From Gekko japonicus (Eukaryota): DNA of 64,000 nucleotides. The position numbers and the translations under genes are program-made. Positions within the stretch are counted from its first letter, which is position 1; every line of letters starts with the position of its first letter. Below, piece after piece: positions 63,772 through 64,000 of this stretch. The DNA lies in the NCBI RefSeq assembly GCF_001447785.1, contig NW_015172560.1:371240-435239 (forward strand). The letters run 5' to 3'. Under the pieces are notes generated by a model that was given only the letters and a program-made list of their open reading frames with translations, was not told where the DNA came from and ran no database searches.

Positions 63772-64000
63772 TGTACTGGCTTGCAGGCTTCGAGTAGCAG
63801 GTGCCTGGAGTTAGGCAAGGCAGGGTCGATCAGTCCAAGGTCAGGGTTTCAGAAGTCAGGCAAGGTTGAGGTATTTGGTCCAAGGTCAGAGTTCCAGAAG
63901 TCAGGCAAGGCAGAGTCCTTCAGTCCAAGGTCAGGGTCCAAGAATTAGGCAAGGCAGAGTTGGTGGCTTAGTGTCTAACATACGCGTTGCATCTATGCCT
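63772..64000. mobile_element. Gypsy-like LTR fragment with ~39-bp tandem repeats, truncated by the window edge
   Basis: Repeated aggcaagg...gtccaaggtcag units, similar in style to the start of the 53745 LTR. Confidence 0.5.

Noticed and set aside
24759-64000. KCNJ3 exon 3 (GMTCQARTSY...)
   Set aside because: No matching ORF in the track; it must lie beyond the window

Overview
Vertebrate (squamate, probably gecko-like, judged from its SINE/LINE content) genomic window. It holds the CpG-island promoter and the first two coding exons of KCNJ3 (GIRK1/Kir3.1, G-protein-gated inward-rectifier K+ channel) on the + strand: exon 1 CDS 9473-10156 and exon 2 24542-24758. Exon 3 is not present, so 24759-64000 is intron 2. 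The rest is intergenic or intronic DNA dense in transposable elements: Squam3/MIR-like, 5S-derived and Sauria SINEs; L2, CR1, RTE-X, BovB, L1 and Penelope pieces; many hAT MITEs with 8-bp TSDs; solo LTRs. There is one 155-N assembly gap. No prokaryotic-type system, CRISPR array or viral insert was seen. The most interesting signals are: (i) a short Helitron-like element carrying a perfect 151-bp copy of host DNA from 528 bp away; (ii) a TSD-flanked 1.58-kb ORF1-only half-L1 retroelement; (iii) KCNJ3-specific features (duplicated G4/GC-box promoter module, strong-Kozak uORF, relocated N-glycosylation sequon, candidate intronic-polyadenylation isoform); (iv) several local templated duplications and a fold-back. 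TE family names come from by-eye motif recognition, not database searches.
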